Shown here: piece after piece, positions 11,380-24,906 of the stretch
Numbering within the stretch: position 1 is the stretch's first letter
Layout of the letters: every line of letters starts with the position of its first letter
Source of the DNA: Podarcis pityusensis
Taxonomy: Eukaryota
NCBI GenBank assembly: GCA_964106645.2
Contig: OZ067042.1
DNA: 64,000 nt
Strand: one strand, 5' to 3'
Program-made: the position numbers and the translations under genes
The notes under the pieces: model-generated
Told to the model about the DNA's origin: nothing
Databases searched by the model: none
What the model saw: only the letters and a program-made list of their open reading frames with translations

Positions 11380-12150
11380 CCGCATTTTTTGCTCCATAAG
11401 ACACACTTTTTCCCTCCTAAAAAGTAAGGGGAAATGTGTGTGCGTCTTATGGAACGAATGCAGGCGGGAGGCTCTGCTCAGCGCTCAATTTAAAGAGCTG
11501 CGCGGAGCGTGTGTGTGGCTCTTGCTGGCTTTTCCCCGAGGAGGGAGAAGGGACTGACAGGCTGCTCTTCTCCCTCCTGGGGAAAAGCCAGCAAGAGCCG
11601 CACACACACTCTGCATGGCTCTTTAAAGGGAGGGCTGAGCAGAGCCTGTATGCAACCCAGATGCGAATGCAGGCGGGAGGCTCTGCTGCTCTTGCTGGCT
11701 TTTCCCCGAGGAGGGAGAAGGGACTGACGGGCTGCTCTCTGTCCCTTCCCCCACCTCCCAGAAAAGCCAGCAAGAGCCGCTGCCAGGCTCTGCTCGGTGC
11801 TCCCTTGTAAGGGCTCCCTTTCGTCCCTCATCGCGCTTTGCTAGGAAGCCAGCAGAAGAAGAGGCGCTGCACAGCTATCGCTCTTGCTCTGCTGGCTTCA
11901 GCGAGAGCTACGCAGCTTGCTCTGCTGGCTTCGGTGAGAGCTACGCAGCTTGCTCTGCTGGCTTCAGTGAGAGCTACGCAGCTTGCTCTGCTGGCTTCTC
12001 ATCGAAGCGGGAGGAGGGATGGAAGGGTTTAAAGGAAGAAAAGCGAGAGCCGCTTACATGCTCTGCGCAGAATTTTTTTTTCTTGCTTTCCTCCTCTAAA
12101 AACTAGGTGTGTCTTATGGTCAGGTGTGTCTTATGGAGCGAAAAATACGG
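11380..12150. mobile_element. Tc2-like (CCGTA-TIR) non-autonomous DNA transposon with GC-rich interior
   Basis: Ends CCGCATTTTTTGCTCCATAAGACACAC / GTGTGTCTTATGGAGCGAAAAATACGG; TA on the left, TG on the right; ends shared with the copies at 28407 and 42576; internal 33-bp repeat, about 3.5 copies (11882-11998). Confidence 0.85.
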
Positions 12151-14599
12151 TGTTTTATTTATTTAATGAATGTGTACCCTTCCTTTTAAGGATAACTTAT
12201 AAGGTGCTTGAAAAACAAATTTATAACAATATATAAAACAAAAAAGTTAAAACCACAACCATAATATGGTAACTAAATAAAAACTGCCAGCAATAAGTAT
12301 TAAAACAACACAGCCCATCCCATAAAATAACAAAATAGAATAATGCAATAACAGCAGTTTGATTAACATGATGGGAAGGCATCAGTAAATAGTAGGCTTT
12401 TAATGTCCAGTTAAAAGCTTGCAGGAGGTTGTCAGATCCCAACTGCCAAAAAAGCCCTCTCTCCCTTGTGCCCGCCAGCTAGCTAATAGCTTTCACCAGC
12501 AAGTAGGTCCTCAGAAGCAGATATTATAGCGCATGTGCATGCAACCCCTTAGCTGCTGCTTTGCTTCTGTGAAGTGGTATGATAAACTAGAAATGTGCAG
12601 TTAACTATAGCTTCCCATTTTATGTGACTTGGGTACCATGGTTAATGATTTCCAAACAATCCAGAGTTCAGAAATTGATTTCAAAATCCTGACTTGTGTG
12701 GAAGCCACAAACTGTAGTTTCTGGTACACATATAAGAGGAAGCCGTAGTAAGCCATGGCTTCCTGGCCTGTTTTTCTACTCACGTAAAAGGTTAAAAATA
12801 AAGTGGCAGCAAATATTTTCTACAGGTATATGCAACTTTTGCATATCCTGGCTTATTCAGCTAGGATTTGATTGTGTGGATGCAGCCATTGCAGCAGTGA
12901 ATTACAATATTTAGTTATTCATTTTGTGAAGAAGGGCTTTATTTTCTCTGTCCTGAATCTATTTTACCATTAATGTCATTGGGTGACTTTCTGCTACAGA
13001 GTTATGGGGGGGAGGGAGAATAAATTTATGTCTACCTAAGCTAGGACTAGGGAGTCCAAAGAGACAGAGTAGATGGAAGGGTTCAGAAGTGATATAGATA
13101 TAGAAGTCACACACACACTCATATTCATATTCTCAGAGTAGACCCATTGAAATTACTGAACATGACTAAGTTAGGTCTATTAATTTCAATAGTTCTACTC
13201 TGATTAAGTTAGTTGAATACCACTCCAATAGTATATGGATTTATACTAGCCTCCTAGCTCTGCTGCACTGGCTTTGTTTAAAATGGAGCTGGAACATAGC
13301 TGTAGAGTTTCTCATGCTGTTAACATCAAATATTGTTTTCATGAGCATAGAGCTAACATTAGCTTCTTTTAATCTCTACTGAAATTCTGCACCTGAAGAA
13401 AGACTTGACAACTAATACTGGAGCCATCAATTCCCTACGGTCTCTACAAGTCAGACAGGAGTTGAGCTCTTATACAAAGTCAGAAACAAAAATATACTTT
13501 GTATAGTTTACTATGTAGACATTGTAATACACATGATGAAGCAAAATGAGAAACATGTCATAATATCTTCTTATTGTGACACTGCATTGCTCATTAATAG
13601 TCAGCATTGTGGAAATTTATATTTCTGAGTACTAAGTACTTGGAGGAATTCCAGACTCCAATGTATGTAAGATATATGGTTAGCTAGATTACAGAGAGGG
13701 CTTCTGCTTCACTTAGAAACTAAAATGAAAATTTCACTGTTCATTGAATATTTTATTGCTGGGGAAGGTGTTTAGGACTTGTTTCCATTTTATGACTTCC
13801 TTTAAAATGTTAAAAATATATTAGTAGAGGATTAGTAAAACAGATTCTACTCCAGAGCAGATTTTAATAAACTTTAGTTCATGGCTTTAAGCTTTGTGTG
13901 GTGGCAAAATGCATTTTGTACTGTTAGCTATTGTTATGATTCAGGATTAATCTCAACATTCTGTGTTTCTATATAATGATAATAGATTGTCTACATCAAA
14001 TATTAATGAGAAATTTATAATGGAGGGCACATTTTGCTGTTACAAGCACTGTAGCCAGGAATTATTTTATTACAAATGCCACTGGGTATTTATGTAAGCA
14101 TGGATTCATTTTATAAAGCTTTAGTTTGTAGGATCTGGTCTATACTATGTAGTTCATTTTCTGAAGTTGATAATCCTCCTGTTTCATTTCACCTCCAAAC
14201 CTTATTTCCACTAAAGCTGAATACATTTTGTAGTAAACTTTTGTGAATTCCCAGGCAGCATTTATCTACAGGGCTGCAGCTGTAGGATCATTTTTAAACT
14301 ATAAAATTCCAGATGGTGACTCTTAACTCAATACAACCTGCTTTTTATGGAACTCGGCAACACAGAAAACAGATCAGGAAAATCTGAATTCTGATAGATA
14401 TAGTTACTGTAAAAGCACAGTTTGGTCCTGTTTAGAAAAATAAATCCTTGAAAGGAAATATGTTCATTTTTATCTCTGTTCCTACTTTATTTGTGTTACA
14501 TTCCTATGTCCAGAAAATTGAATCTGGGGCACAGCTGACAGGGACAATCCTGCCCCATATCCCTTGGTATTACTGGGTGTACCTCTTTACTTCTTCTGT

Positions 14600-14773
14600 A
14601 GGAGTGAATGGTTGCTCAGTTGTAGAGCAAGTTCAGTCCCTGGCATCTTCAGGCAGACCTGGGAAAGCCTTTCAGCCTGAAATGCTAAAGAACTCCTACC
14701 AGTCAGTGTAGACTATAGTGAGCTAGGTGAACCATTGGTCTGACTCTGAATAAGGTGGTTTCTTGTGTTCCTA
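14600..14773 (+). mobile_element. Degenerate tRNA-head SINE with CR1-type tail (related copies near 26016-26150 minus and 60745-60930 plus)
   Basis: GCTCAGTTGTAGAGCA box A-like head; shared core CCAGTCAGTGTAGAC...GAGCTAG...CCA.TGGTCTGA. Confidence 0.55.
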
Positions 14774-16397
14774 TGGCAAAGATAGACGCAGCGCGCACAT
14801 GTGGTGAGGTCAAAACCCGTTCTTCCCCACAGATAGAAATCCTACGGAGGCAGAATGCAAAGGTTCACTGAACATGTCTGCTGAGGTCCATAGGAAGTGG
14901 GTTAAAAAAAAAAGTTCTGATACTTATAGCTTGATAAAAGTGCCATTGATGCCATGATGCCAGCACAAAGTGGCTCCCAAAGGCAGCAAGAAAAAGTGGG
15001 TGCCACTCTGTGCCAATGAGTATCATCACAAAGCAGTTAATGTGCCTAACAACCAGCTACTGTGCATATTCGCAGACTCCTGGAGAACATGCACATAATT
15101 CTTCCATTAAGAGGGAATTGTGCACATTTCCTGGTCCATATACATACTATATCTTGTTCACTTGAGAGAGTTCTTACATGAACTGTTACCTGAGATATTT
15201 TACACTTCTTAAACTATACCTCCATTTGTTGATAATTGCTATACTTGATTCTGTGTGTAGCTACTATCTACTCATACCTCACATAAGTGAAAATAGATTC
15301 CAGTAGTGAGGATTGCACAATGGTTCTTCACAGCTTAAAAAACATACTGGTGATCCTTCATTTTGAAATTGCCTATCCAAAAAGAGGGTTTTATAATAGA
15401 ATTTTCACCTTGACTTGTTCTTTCCACTACTGTGTAAAATACATTGGGGGAGAGTGTTCGGAAGGAGAATGTTGCCAAAATGAACTTCAAAGTCTAATTA
15501 TCATTACATTTCCCTTAGATATTTTCCCCTAGAGCATTTTGGCAAAATCTCAGTGGGAGGGCAGAAGCAGCATACATTACTCTCCTGCAAGAGGTGGGTG
15601 GTGAGGAGTATCTGCTTAGAGCCAAAAATGCTCTTAGGTTTTTTTGGATAGTTTTTTTAAAAGACGCTTCAATTGGCTCTGAATGCAGACGCCAGTCTGC
15701 TACAAATTCAAACAAGTCAGTCCAGTAGAGGCTTTATTCAGAATTTTTCCAAGATACAAAAGCACTGTCTTGCTTTAGCTAAAGCAAAGCAATAATATTA
15801 TATTCTCCTTGAGACTCACATTGAGATTCTTAGAGAGTTTATGAGGTATTGCTAACCTAAAGCAAAATAAATTTCCCTGTGGACTAGCCCAGAAAAGCTT
15901 TATGGTTCAGGTTAGTAAAACCATCCACACAATTCCCCTCCTGAGATTTATAGATTCCCCACCAAAGCCATAATTCTCATAACAGAATGAAAGGGCAAAT
16001 GGAAGCTCCTTTGCTCTAGTATCAGACCCAGAGGTGATGATAACACCTCAAAAACATAAACACAATTCTAGACTTCCAAGTAGCAGAAACTCCTGCTGAA
16101 ACGTTTATCAACCTCTTCTCAATTTTTAATTTCTGTTTCAAATATAATAGCTTTTTAGCTTTTACCTGGTGAGGGCAGATGCAACTTGGAGGAAATTGAC
16201 ATGCTTCCAATAGCTATTTGTTAGTCTAAGTATATCAATAGAGAAGAGGATCCACACAATAAGGAAGAAATAAGTGTTCATATAGACACCAATATCATTT
16301 ACATGAACTCTGAGACAATGTTTAAAGCACACATATAGTTGTGAATGATACTCCTTTATGATGGGGATGGTGAATCGAAAGCCACATTATCTCTAAC

Positions 16398-16739
16398 NNN
16401 NNNNNNNNNNNNNNNNNNNNNNNNNNNNNNNNNNNNNNNNNNNNNNNNNNNNNNNNNNNNNNNNNNNNNNNNNNNNNNNNNNNNNNNNNNNNNNNNNNNN
16501 NNNNNNNNNNNNNNNNNNNNNNNNNNNNNNNNNNNNNNNNNNNNNNNNNNNNNNNNNNNNNNNNNNNNNNNNNNNNNNNNNNNNNNNNNNNNNNNNNNNN
16601 NNNNNNNNNNNNNNNNNNNNNNNNNNNNNNNNNNNNNNNNNNNNNNNNNNNNNNNNNNNNNNNNNNNNNNNNNNNNNNNNNNNNNNNNNNNNNNNNNNNN
16701 NNNNNNNNNNNNNNNNNNNNNNNNNNNNNNNNNNNNNNN
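16398..16739. other. Assembly gap (342 N)
   Basis: Run of N. Confidence 1.
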
Positions 16740-16875
16740 GGTAGACACACGCTGAGCCAGTCAGTGTAGCGCGCGTGCAGCCCCGGACATCTAAGGGCAT
16801 CACAGACCTGTTATTGCTCAATCTCGGGTGGCTGAACGCCGCTTGTCCCTCTAAGAAGTTCTCGTTCATGGGGAA
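16740..16875 (-). pseudogene. 18S rRNA fragment, rearranged
   Basis: Reverse complement reads AACTTCTTAGAGGGACAAG...GCAATAACAGGTCTGTGATGCCCTTAGATGTCCGGGGCTGCACGCGCGCTACACTGA, a highly conserved 18S segment; isolated within an intron. Confidence 0.92.
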
Positions 16876-17899
16876 GCACTAACCATGCTGGATAGAGCAG
16901 ATGAGTGGCATCTGAAGGGTCACAAGTTCCCTATCCCTGCTTATTGATCTACTCGGAATGCCTTAGCATCAGTTCTTTCCTGTTACGAAGGGCATTCCCA
17001 GATCAGGGGCTTCTCTGTGGTTGTGTTGCAACTTTGGGAACACTTCACTTGTGAGACCTGTCAGGCCACATTGTTGCTAATATTTAGGTACAAAGCTGAA
17101 ACCTTACTCTGATGATTCTCTTTTTAAATTATATTTTTAAATAAGGACTTGGGAAGGGGGAGAAACTGACAGGAAGGAAAAATAAACAGGTGACTGAATC
17201 CAGATTGATAAGTACTAATGCTTACATTGGTGTTTGTCTACTGATCATGCCTGTTTAGTTGCTTCTGTTCTTATGGTGGCTTTTGGGAGTTCTTCTTGGC
17301 TATCCATAGGTTATATGTGCATATGACATTGGTATTACTTGGCTTTGACCTAAACTGGTCTACTTTCTAAGCAGGCTAAACTTTCTATCAAGAGTTTTGA
17401 TGTTGCTGAACTATACTTCTGAAACATTTGCTCCTTTTCTTGTCACACTAGACTAAAACTCAAAATGAGCCAAACAATGGTTATGAGTTAGTTTTAATAA
17501 ATGTAAACATTTAACCACAGTTGAGACCAGTTTTAGTCTCATGGAAATGGCAGGGGAAATGCTGGATATGTAATGCCTGATGTTGTTTGACAGAGATGAT
17601 TAGGAATGGGGCAGCACATGACCTTTTCTTTTGCACTTGACAAACCCAATTATCTTAACAATAATGCTTTAGTTAAGCACTTCCCGACAAAGTCCTGCAG
17701 CTTTGTATAACTTTTGGAAAACTGTCCAAACCTTTAAATGTGCAGTATAATTTTTTTAAAAATATTTTAAGAAATGAAGTACATACTGAAAGGCACCATA
17801 TCATGGTATAGATAAAATTCAAGTGGTTATCCCCCACCCCCCGATATAAGAAACATAAACCACTACATCATTAGATTTCTTCTCCAAAGAACATTATAG

Positions 17900-18385
17900 T
17901 CATGCAATAGACAACAGAAGTAAAGCTTTCCTGGTCCAGATAGGGATGTAGCTGGGTCACCAGTTGAAGCTCATGGAAGGCACTCCACACCAGCGATGCC
18001 ACCTGAGCTAAAAGTGACATCAAGGGATCGAGAAGTACCTCTAAGCTGTGTACCTGCTCCTTCAGAGGAAGTGTAACCACATCAAGAGGAGGCAACCTCC
18101 CATCCATCCAGTCTAGGGAACTGCCCACTAACAATGCCTCAGTCTTATCGGGAATGAGCCTCAGTTTATTGGCTCTCATCCAGTCCATTACTGAGGCAAG
18201 ATCATAGTCTGGCTCATCCACTGCCAAACCTGTAGATGTAAAGGAGGAGTAGAGCTGCATGTCATCAGCATATTGCTGACAACGTACTCCAAAACTCTGG
18301 ATGACGCTACTTAGTGGTTTCATGATGTTAAACAGCACAGGGGATAAAATTAAGCCCTGAGAAACCCCACATTGAAGGCTACACA
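17900..18385 (-). mobile_element. Degenerate L2/CR1-group LINE reverse transcriptase fragment
   Basis: CGVSQGLILSPVLFNI...QYADDMQLY...WMRANKLRLIPDKTE motifs. Confidence 0.85.
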
Positions 18386-18878
18386 ATTTAAAACATTTTA
18401 AAAATACTGGTCTGTTTCTATGTATCTCATTGTGTGTATTCCGGGTTTAGACAGGAGACCGAGTTAGAGCTATGCTGAGCTGGTTCTTGGGCTGGTTAGG
18501 TGTTCTGGCTTGTTTATCTGTGGAGACATCAGTGACTAATGTGATCAAGTAAAATACTATGTGATGTCTCAAAATGAAAATTACTGAGAGAGATAAGCTA
18601 TCTCACTGTGGTATAAATAGCAGGGATATGAGTTTTGTCTAAAAGAAGAGGAAAGCACTTAGGATATGAGGCGATGTCAAGTCCGTAGTTAAGAAATCTG
18701 AAGTGTGTAGACTAGATTCTTGTGCATTCTTATCCGAGCTGTATTTAACACTTATAAGTACCTTTTTGAAAGAGAAAACAATCATGTTCATAGAATAACA
18801 ATCGGGAATTATTTCTAGGCCTCTTCCTAAGAAGTAGTTAATGTAAGTGTTTCTAATACCACTTATGTCTCTTTAGAC

Positions 18879-19014
18879 CAGTGATGGCCAAACTTGGCCC
18901 TCCAGCTGTTTTGGGACTACAACTCCCATCATTCCTAGCTAACAGGACCAGTGGTCAGGGATGATGGGAACTATAGTCCCAAAACAGCTGGAGGGACAAG
19001 TTTGGCCATCACTG
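18879..19014. mobile_element. hAT-type palindromic MITE
   Basis: TIR CAGTGATGGCCAAACTT; perfect 8-bp TSD CTTTAGAC; the whole element is a near-perfect hairpin. Confidence 0.92.
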
Positions 19015-20880
19015 CTTTAGACTATGAACCTGACAGCAGGAACTGTCTAGTTTTTGTGTACTGCTAGCCTTTTTTTGACTAGAGGTTTAGCTATAAATTC
19101 AATTAATTAATTACATGAGGCTGCTTTATAGATGGTGAAGGAGACAAATTTGGAAGTTGTTGAGACAGTCACTGCCTCTCAAGCTATCCACCTGTTTCTA
19201 GTAGACTGAGAATCTACAGACTTTGAAGCCTTGCAGCATAAAATGTAAATAATCTATGAATACTTTTTTTAAGTCATTCTGTAAAGTTGCTAAATCAGCT
19301 TTCATCTTACAATTTTGCTGAGTAAATTAATATTCAAGGTGCTACTTCACAGTATGAGAGACAACTCAACAACACATTTCCAGGCTAGCTTTTAGCTATG
19401 ATTTCCAGTGCCAGAGTTCACATAGCTCAACAATATTGATGGGAATGGCAACAAACACAGAGACTTCTTAAGAAGTTTCTTTTATAGCTCTTTTCTCTAT
19501 GTAGTTCATTTTACCCATAATCTTTTCTCCTGCTGCTATACTTAAGAAGAATTCACTAGCAAAAAGACACATAAACCTTATAAATCTAGCTATATTACAT
19601 GTTGCCGAAGTGAAAGAATGCAAAATGGAAAACAGTACAATGCTTCATATGCATATAGGCTTATTCATCTTGGTCATATGAAAATATTTGTCTCTACTCT
19701 AGAGATCCAAACTAGGCAAACTCCGTTTGGCTTGATTCAGACTCAGCTTGGTAATTATGAGCTTTTTTGGCATGTGTTCAGAAAACAAATGCTCTCTTTC
19801 CTGAGTGTTATCTTCCAACTTGCATTGTTGCTGTATGCGTACTCATGATACTGTGTTCCCACTGGTGTATTGATAAAAATTGAAGTGCAGAAGCTCATGA
19901 TGACAGCCGCAATAGCCATCTCCCAAGGAAAATCCTTATCCATGTTGCAAGGAGAGTCCAACTATGTAGGCAGCTGTATTGATCTATTATTACACCCACC
20001 CACCCACCCACCATCACGCTCACTTTATTAGGATCTCATGACTGTAACTGTATTGATAGTTACCTTGGAATAAGTAGTGTTTACTTCTGACAGCATCGCT
20101 GCAGCTTATAAAACTCCCTAGTAAAAGATTATCAGCCCACTGATATGCACATTTTAGCTTTTGATTAGAAACGCAAACAATATGCAAAGATATGCTAATG
20201 CTAGTGTGAAGAAGGAACCCTATCAAAGAAAAGGAAAACATAACCAGCCTCGTTGCACCTGGAAGGTAGCACACCTCCCAGGACAATCTGTTACCTCTGT
20301 ATACTATTGCCTCTGCCCCCTCAGTAGAGAGTCACCTGCTGCCACCACACTTCTCTTCCTCTTCTGGGGAGTGGCAGTAATTGTTCTGTACACTGTACCT
20401 TCAACAGCCACCTCAGTGTATTCTGAGATCTGCAACTGCTGTCCTTGTTCCACTTGCCCAGAATCGGTGTCCGAGGTGAGGGCATATAATCAATTTTGCA
20501 GCTCTCGCGACACAGTATTAGTTGGATTGTGAAATGTGTTGAATTGCTCTTTTTATATTACTGTATAGGTTTTGTATGTTTTTGCTAGATGACTTCAAGC
20601 TTTCTTTTGGAGGAAAATGTAGGGATGCAAATATTAACACTGAAATGGAACCATTGTTTTCTTTAAATGCAACTCTTGTTCCAGTAAAGCTGGGAAGGCC
20701 AAGGAAATAATGGGGCCACCAAAAACACTGCTTCTGGAAATCAGTACAAAATTGTGAATATACTTACATTTGCTTTAAAATAGTGCAGAGAATGACCAAT
20801 TCTTTACTTTTATATAACAGGACAATTTGGTCAATGTTTAAGTTAATATAATATATCATATAGAAAAAGAATCTAAGATA

Positions 20881-21106
20881 CAATGGTACCTCGGGTTAAG
20901 AACTTAATTCGTTCTGGAGGTCTGTTCTTAACCTGAAACTGTTCTTAACCTGAAGCACCACATTAGCTAATGGGGCCTCCTGCTGCCACTGCGCCGCCAG
21001 AGCACGATTTCTGTTCTTATCCTGAAGCAAAGTTCTTAACCTGAGGTACTATTTCTGGGTTAGTGGAGTCTGGTAACCTGAAGCGTATTAACCTGAGGTA
21101 CCACTG
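20881..21106. mobile_element. Tigger-like MITE, same family as 7924-8165
   Basis: Alignable along its length with 7924-8165; TA on both sides. Confidence 0.88.
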
Positions 21107-21606
21107 TATATCACTGTAAGTACTCACCTGTACAAAGCCCATATAAGCCAATGCATGTTTACAAAGGACAATTACAAAGGACAATTCAATTCAACTTGTG
21201 ATTCCTCTTCTGTTATTGCAGCCTAACGGAGAATCCTCTGCATTCTAGCTATTTATTCTAAACAGGACCTAATATGTTTTGTCCATCTTTCATATGTAGA
21301 GAACTCTCTTCTTACACATAGTACCTGGTGAAGACAGTACCTGGTAAAGGTAGATGTTGAGGAGGGCACATGCTGCTTTAATTGCTAAATAAATTTGATA
21401 GTTAATATGAATTAATGTTTTAAATGCATTAAGATGAATTTTTATATATCTGAAGTACTTGGATAAAGTAATGTAGACAGGGTTTGGCATCAAGTTTCAT
21501 AATTATTCTAAATTAATTACTTGATGAAAGAACTCTATGGTGTGAGAGTAACATTGTATTTGATTTCTTTCCCTTTTTCTTTTGCTATATTATTTTTCTT
21601 TCCAAG

Positions 21607-21790
21607 GGTCAAATTCTTGGCTTGTTCCTGAAACAAAAGGTGCAATTGTACAAGGTGGATATGGCCATACCAGTGTCTATGATGAGACAACAAAGTCAGT
21701 TTATGTTCATGGTGGATACAAAGCTTTGCCTGGTAATAAATATGGATTGGTTGACGATCTTTACAGATACGAAGTAAACAGCAGGACGTG
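21607..21790 (+). CDS. ATRNL1: ATRNL1 coding exon (about exon 9, 184 nt), Kelch
   Basis: aag|GG...TG|gtatga; SNSWLVPETKGAIVQGGYGHTSVYD...VHGGYKALPGNKYGLVDDLY. Confidence 0.95.
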
Positions 21791-21967
21791 GTATGATTCT
21801 TTTTTTCAAGTTGAAAATGAATGTAACATTATTTGATTTTTCATGTTAGGAAATAGCAAAGGATAATTCCTGTTATAACCAAATTGAGAAAGGGACACCA
21901 TGCCCCTCAGGGCTCTTACATGGCTTTTGGGCAAGGTGTTGATTCCTCTGCTCATAGGTTGCTCACC

Positions 21968-22103
21968 CAGGGCTTTTTCTTCTTCAGGAGGTACTCAAGG
22001 GTATGCAGTACCACTACCTCTTTATTGTTATTGTTTAAAATTGTGGCACTTATTGTAAGAATTTCCCTTACTGGCACCTATTTTCCTAGAAAAAAAAGCC
22101 CTG
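21968..22103. mobile_element. hAT-type MITE in the short intron between two ATRNL1 exons
   Basis: TIR CAGGGCTTTTT / AAAAAGCCCTG; 8-bp TSD TGCTCACC. Confidence 0.85.
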
Positions 22104-22403
22104 TGCTCACCCCCTAGGAATTGAGAGCTTCTCAGTCTCCCAACGTAGAAAACAGCTTTTTCAGAGCATTAGAGGTTAATCCTCTGTTCACTCTTATCTC
22201 CAGAGTGAATTTGCTAGCCAAGATTTATGCCTGGCTATCATTAATAACCACATAATTATCTCTGTTGGCAGCCTGCCAACAAAAGAGGTTCAGTCTGCCA
22301 TGTTCCTTCTCTGGAAATGGACTAAATGAAACCATTGTAATTTTTTTCTTAAATCCATATATACGTCCTTACATATATGTTCTCTCCTCCACCCGCACAA
22401 TAG

Positions 22404-22558
22404 GACAATTCTGAAAGAGAGTGGTTTTGCAAGATATCTCCATTCAGCTGTCTTGATCAGTGGAGCTATGTTAATTTTTGGTGGAAACACCCATAATGAT
22501 ACTTCATTAAGTAATGGAGCAAAGTGCTTTTCTGCTGATTTCCTCGCCTATGATATAG
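22404..22558 (+). CDS. ATRNL1: ATRNL1 coding exon (about exon 10, 155 nt), Kelch
   Basis: tag|G...G|gtaagt; TILKESGFARYLHSAVLISGAMLIFGGNTHNDTSLSNGAKCFSADFLAYDI. Confidence 0.95.
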
Positions 22559-23280
22559 GTAAGTAGTATATGTAAGAGTGAGTGTTTGAAATGTAAGAAT
22601 TCTAGGCTTAATGTGTAAAGCATTGTTAATATTATTTTACATTCTCTCATTTTAAAAATGTGTTATGCTATGTTAAAATTAGTTTTAAGACATTTTTGCT
22701 ACAATAGGACAGGCCACATTTTTATCACAACAGCATTGAGATAGATACAAATATGGAATGTTTGTGGAAGCAAAACCAATTTGTTGTTGCTTCAGGCTTA
22801 TAACAACAGGAATTCAAGTCTCTCCTTTATTCAGTTATATAAATAGGATGCAACTGTTTACAACTGTTTAGTAATGTCTGCTACTTGAACTATTGCTATT
22901 GTGCTGTTAAAGTGGAAATAACACCATCCACAAAAACCTGTGGATAACACCAAAAATTCAATACATTATAAAGTCCACACCTTCTCCAAATTCTGTTATT
23001 TCCACTTTGGGTTCCAGTCCTGGCAGGTCTTTTCCTTAAATATATCCCTTCTTTATCACTTACCAGTTCCATAAATAAAGGTATTTCTGTCAGCATTGAC
23101 CAGTGGTGTGTCTTTCTTGCATGCTGCATCATTCTAATGTGTCTGAAGTTGATTAGGCAAAGAGTTTTCTGTGTAATTGGTTCTCCCAGAAATAGTTCCT
23201 GAAGTCTGAATGAAATACTCGTTAACTACTGTTATACCCAGATGTAACTGACCTGCATGTTAGAATGCATGTCCCAGGTA

Positions 23281-23422
23281 TGGTCTGACTTATATCTCAT
23301 ACCACCTTGCTGAAGCTAAGCAGGTCTAGTTCTGGTGACTGCCTAGAAACCACATGAATGCCACTTGAGGTTCTATGACAGAAGACATGTGGAATATAAA
23401 TGTATGAAAATAAATAAATAAA
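23281..23422 (+). mobile_element. Degenerate 5S rRNA-headed SINE-like fragment
   Basis: GAAGCTAAGCAGG (5S box A-like) and an (AAAT)n tail. Confidence 0.4.
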
Positions 23423-24099
23423 CATTTAATATCATAATGAGGTTGAAAATATACAGTTTAATTATATGAAAGCATTAGAGTTTTCTCAGTAATATAGTAA
23501 TTCTCAGTAATATAGTACTTTACATGCTATGTAGTTTTTTCTTGGACACAAAGAAAGATATCATAATATGTGGTAATCTTAAAGACAAATAGCTAAAAGT
23601 AGATTTTTGAGCCCCCCCCCCCCATTGAGGTGGATTTCAGGAATATGGGAATGTAACCACATGGATGAGATTAGTAACAAATGGGAGGAAAGGGAGGTTT
23701 CTGAAACGATATAGGCTATAGAAAATACCAGCTGAGAAGTTGAAAGGAATAGGAACAATATAGCAAATGTGTGCTCCAATCTAAAGAGATCCATCTATAT
23801 AAGCAAGCTTCTGTGTTTCTGTTAACAGCTGGATCAGGGGCAACAGGTGCAAATTGGATATGCACCTCAAAATTCATGCTGGAATGAGCATCTGAGTGTG
23901 AATGCCATCTTATCAGATATGCATTGCTTTCAGTGAGATATACATTGCTATCAATATTCTGGGAAAAATTATTGTGCCTAAACACATTAAGTGCTGCTAG
24001 ACCTATATCAGATCACTAGTCTCCACAAGCAGTTCTGGTTGTCTCCAGAATGCATGTTGTAGAGTGGAAAGGGTGGATAGAGTCAAAGGGTCAAAGAAG

Positions 24100-24430
24100 T
24101 GGATAGAGAGAAATCCCCCCCCCCCAATAATACTGGAAGTTGGGGTCTTCCAATAACGTGAATGCTGGAAGATTCACAGTAGACTAAATAATGTAATTCA
24201 TCACACAGAGCACATAGTTAAAGTGTAGAATTTACTCCCACAAGATGTAGTGATGGCTACCAACTTGGATGGCTTTAAATTTATGATGTTAGTAGCCACA
24301 ATATTTATATGCTACCTCCACTTTTGGGAGAGCACTGTTAGCCTCAGGTTCTGTTTGCAAGCTTCCCATAGGCATCTGGACTAGACGGACCTATGGCCTA
24401 ATCCTGCAGTGCTCTTTGTATGTTCTTACA
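24100..24430 (+). mobile_element. Degenerate CR1 LINE 3' end
   Basis: CCCACAAGATGTAGTGATGGCTACCAACTTGGATGGCTTTAAA, ending TATGTTCTTA. Confidence 0.6.
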
Positions 24431-24861
24431 AAGAGCACTGCAGGATCTGGAAAATCTCCACGTTTGGCATTCTCACAATCCTATTGAATTTTCTTAGCAA
24501 AAGTTATTGTTTATATTGGGGAGTAGGAAAATGTGCCTACTGTTAGTGACCCAGTCTTTTCTAATAGTTCTTTGATATTTGAAATCAGCATATACCCAGA
24601 TGTTTTTGAAAACACATAAAGTGGGTCCTGATATGAAGTTTCAGATTATATTATTAAACTTATTAGTACTTTTTTGCCACAGGCAACTCACAGTGACTTA
24701 CAAAAATATATATAATAGGTTTATTACATTTGTCACAGCCTCGTTAGCAGGACTTTATTAGACTGAGCTGAAGAAATATGACAGGAAGAAAGCCTTTCCT
24801 TAAATTGCTGTTTGCTTAAAAGTTTCCTGCTATGTACTTCAGTGTTGGTTTGTAGACTTAG

Positions 24862-24863
24862 TT

Positions 24864-24906
<43 letters not shown>
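24862..24906. repeat. (TTTC)n microsatellite
   Basis: About 11 units. Confidence 0.95.

Noticed and set aside
11436-12032. ORFs including an LALLASVRATQ peptide repeat
   Set aside because: Translation of the 33-bp tandem repeat inside a non-autonomous transposon.
16322-16869. ORFs made mostly of X
   Set aside because: Artefacts of the N gap.
16740-16875. Functional rRNA gene
   Set aside because: Only about 135 nt, rearranged, and the gap is too small to hold an rDNA unit.
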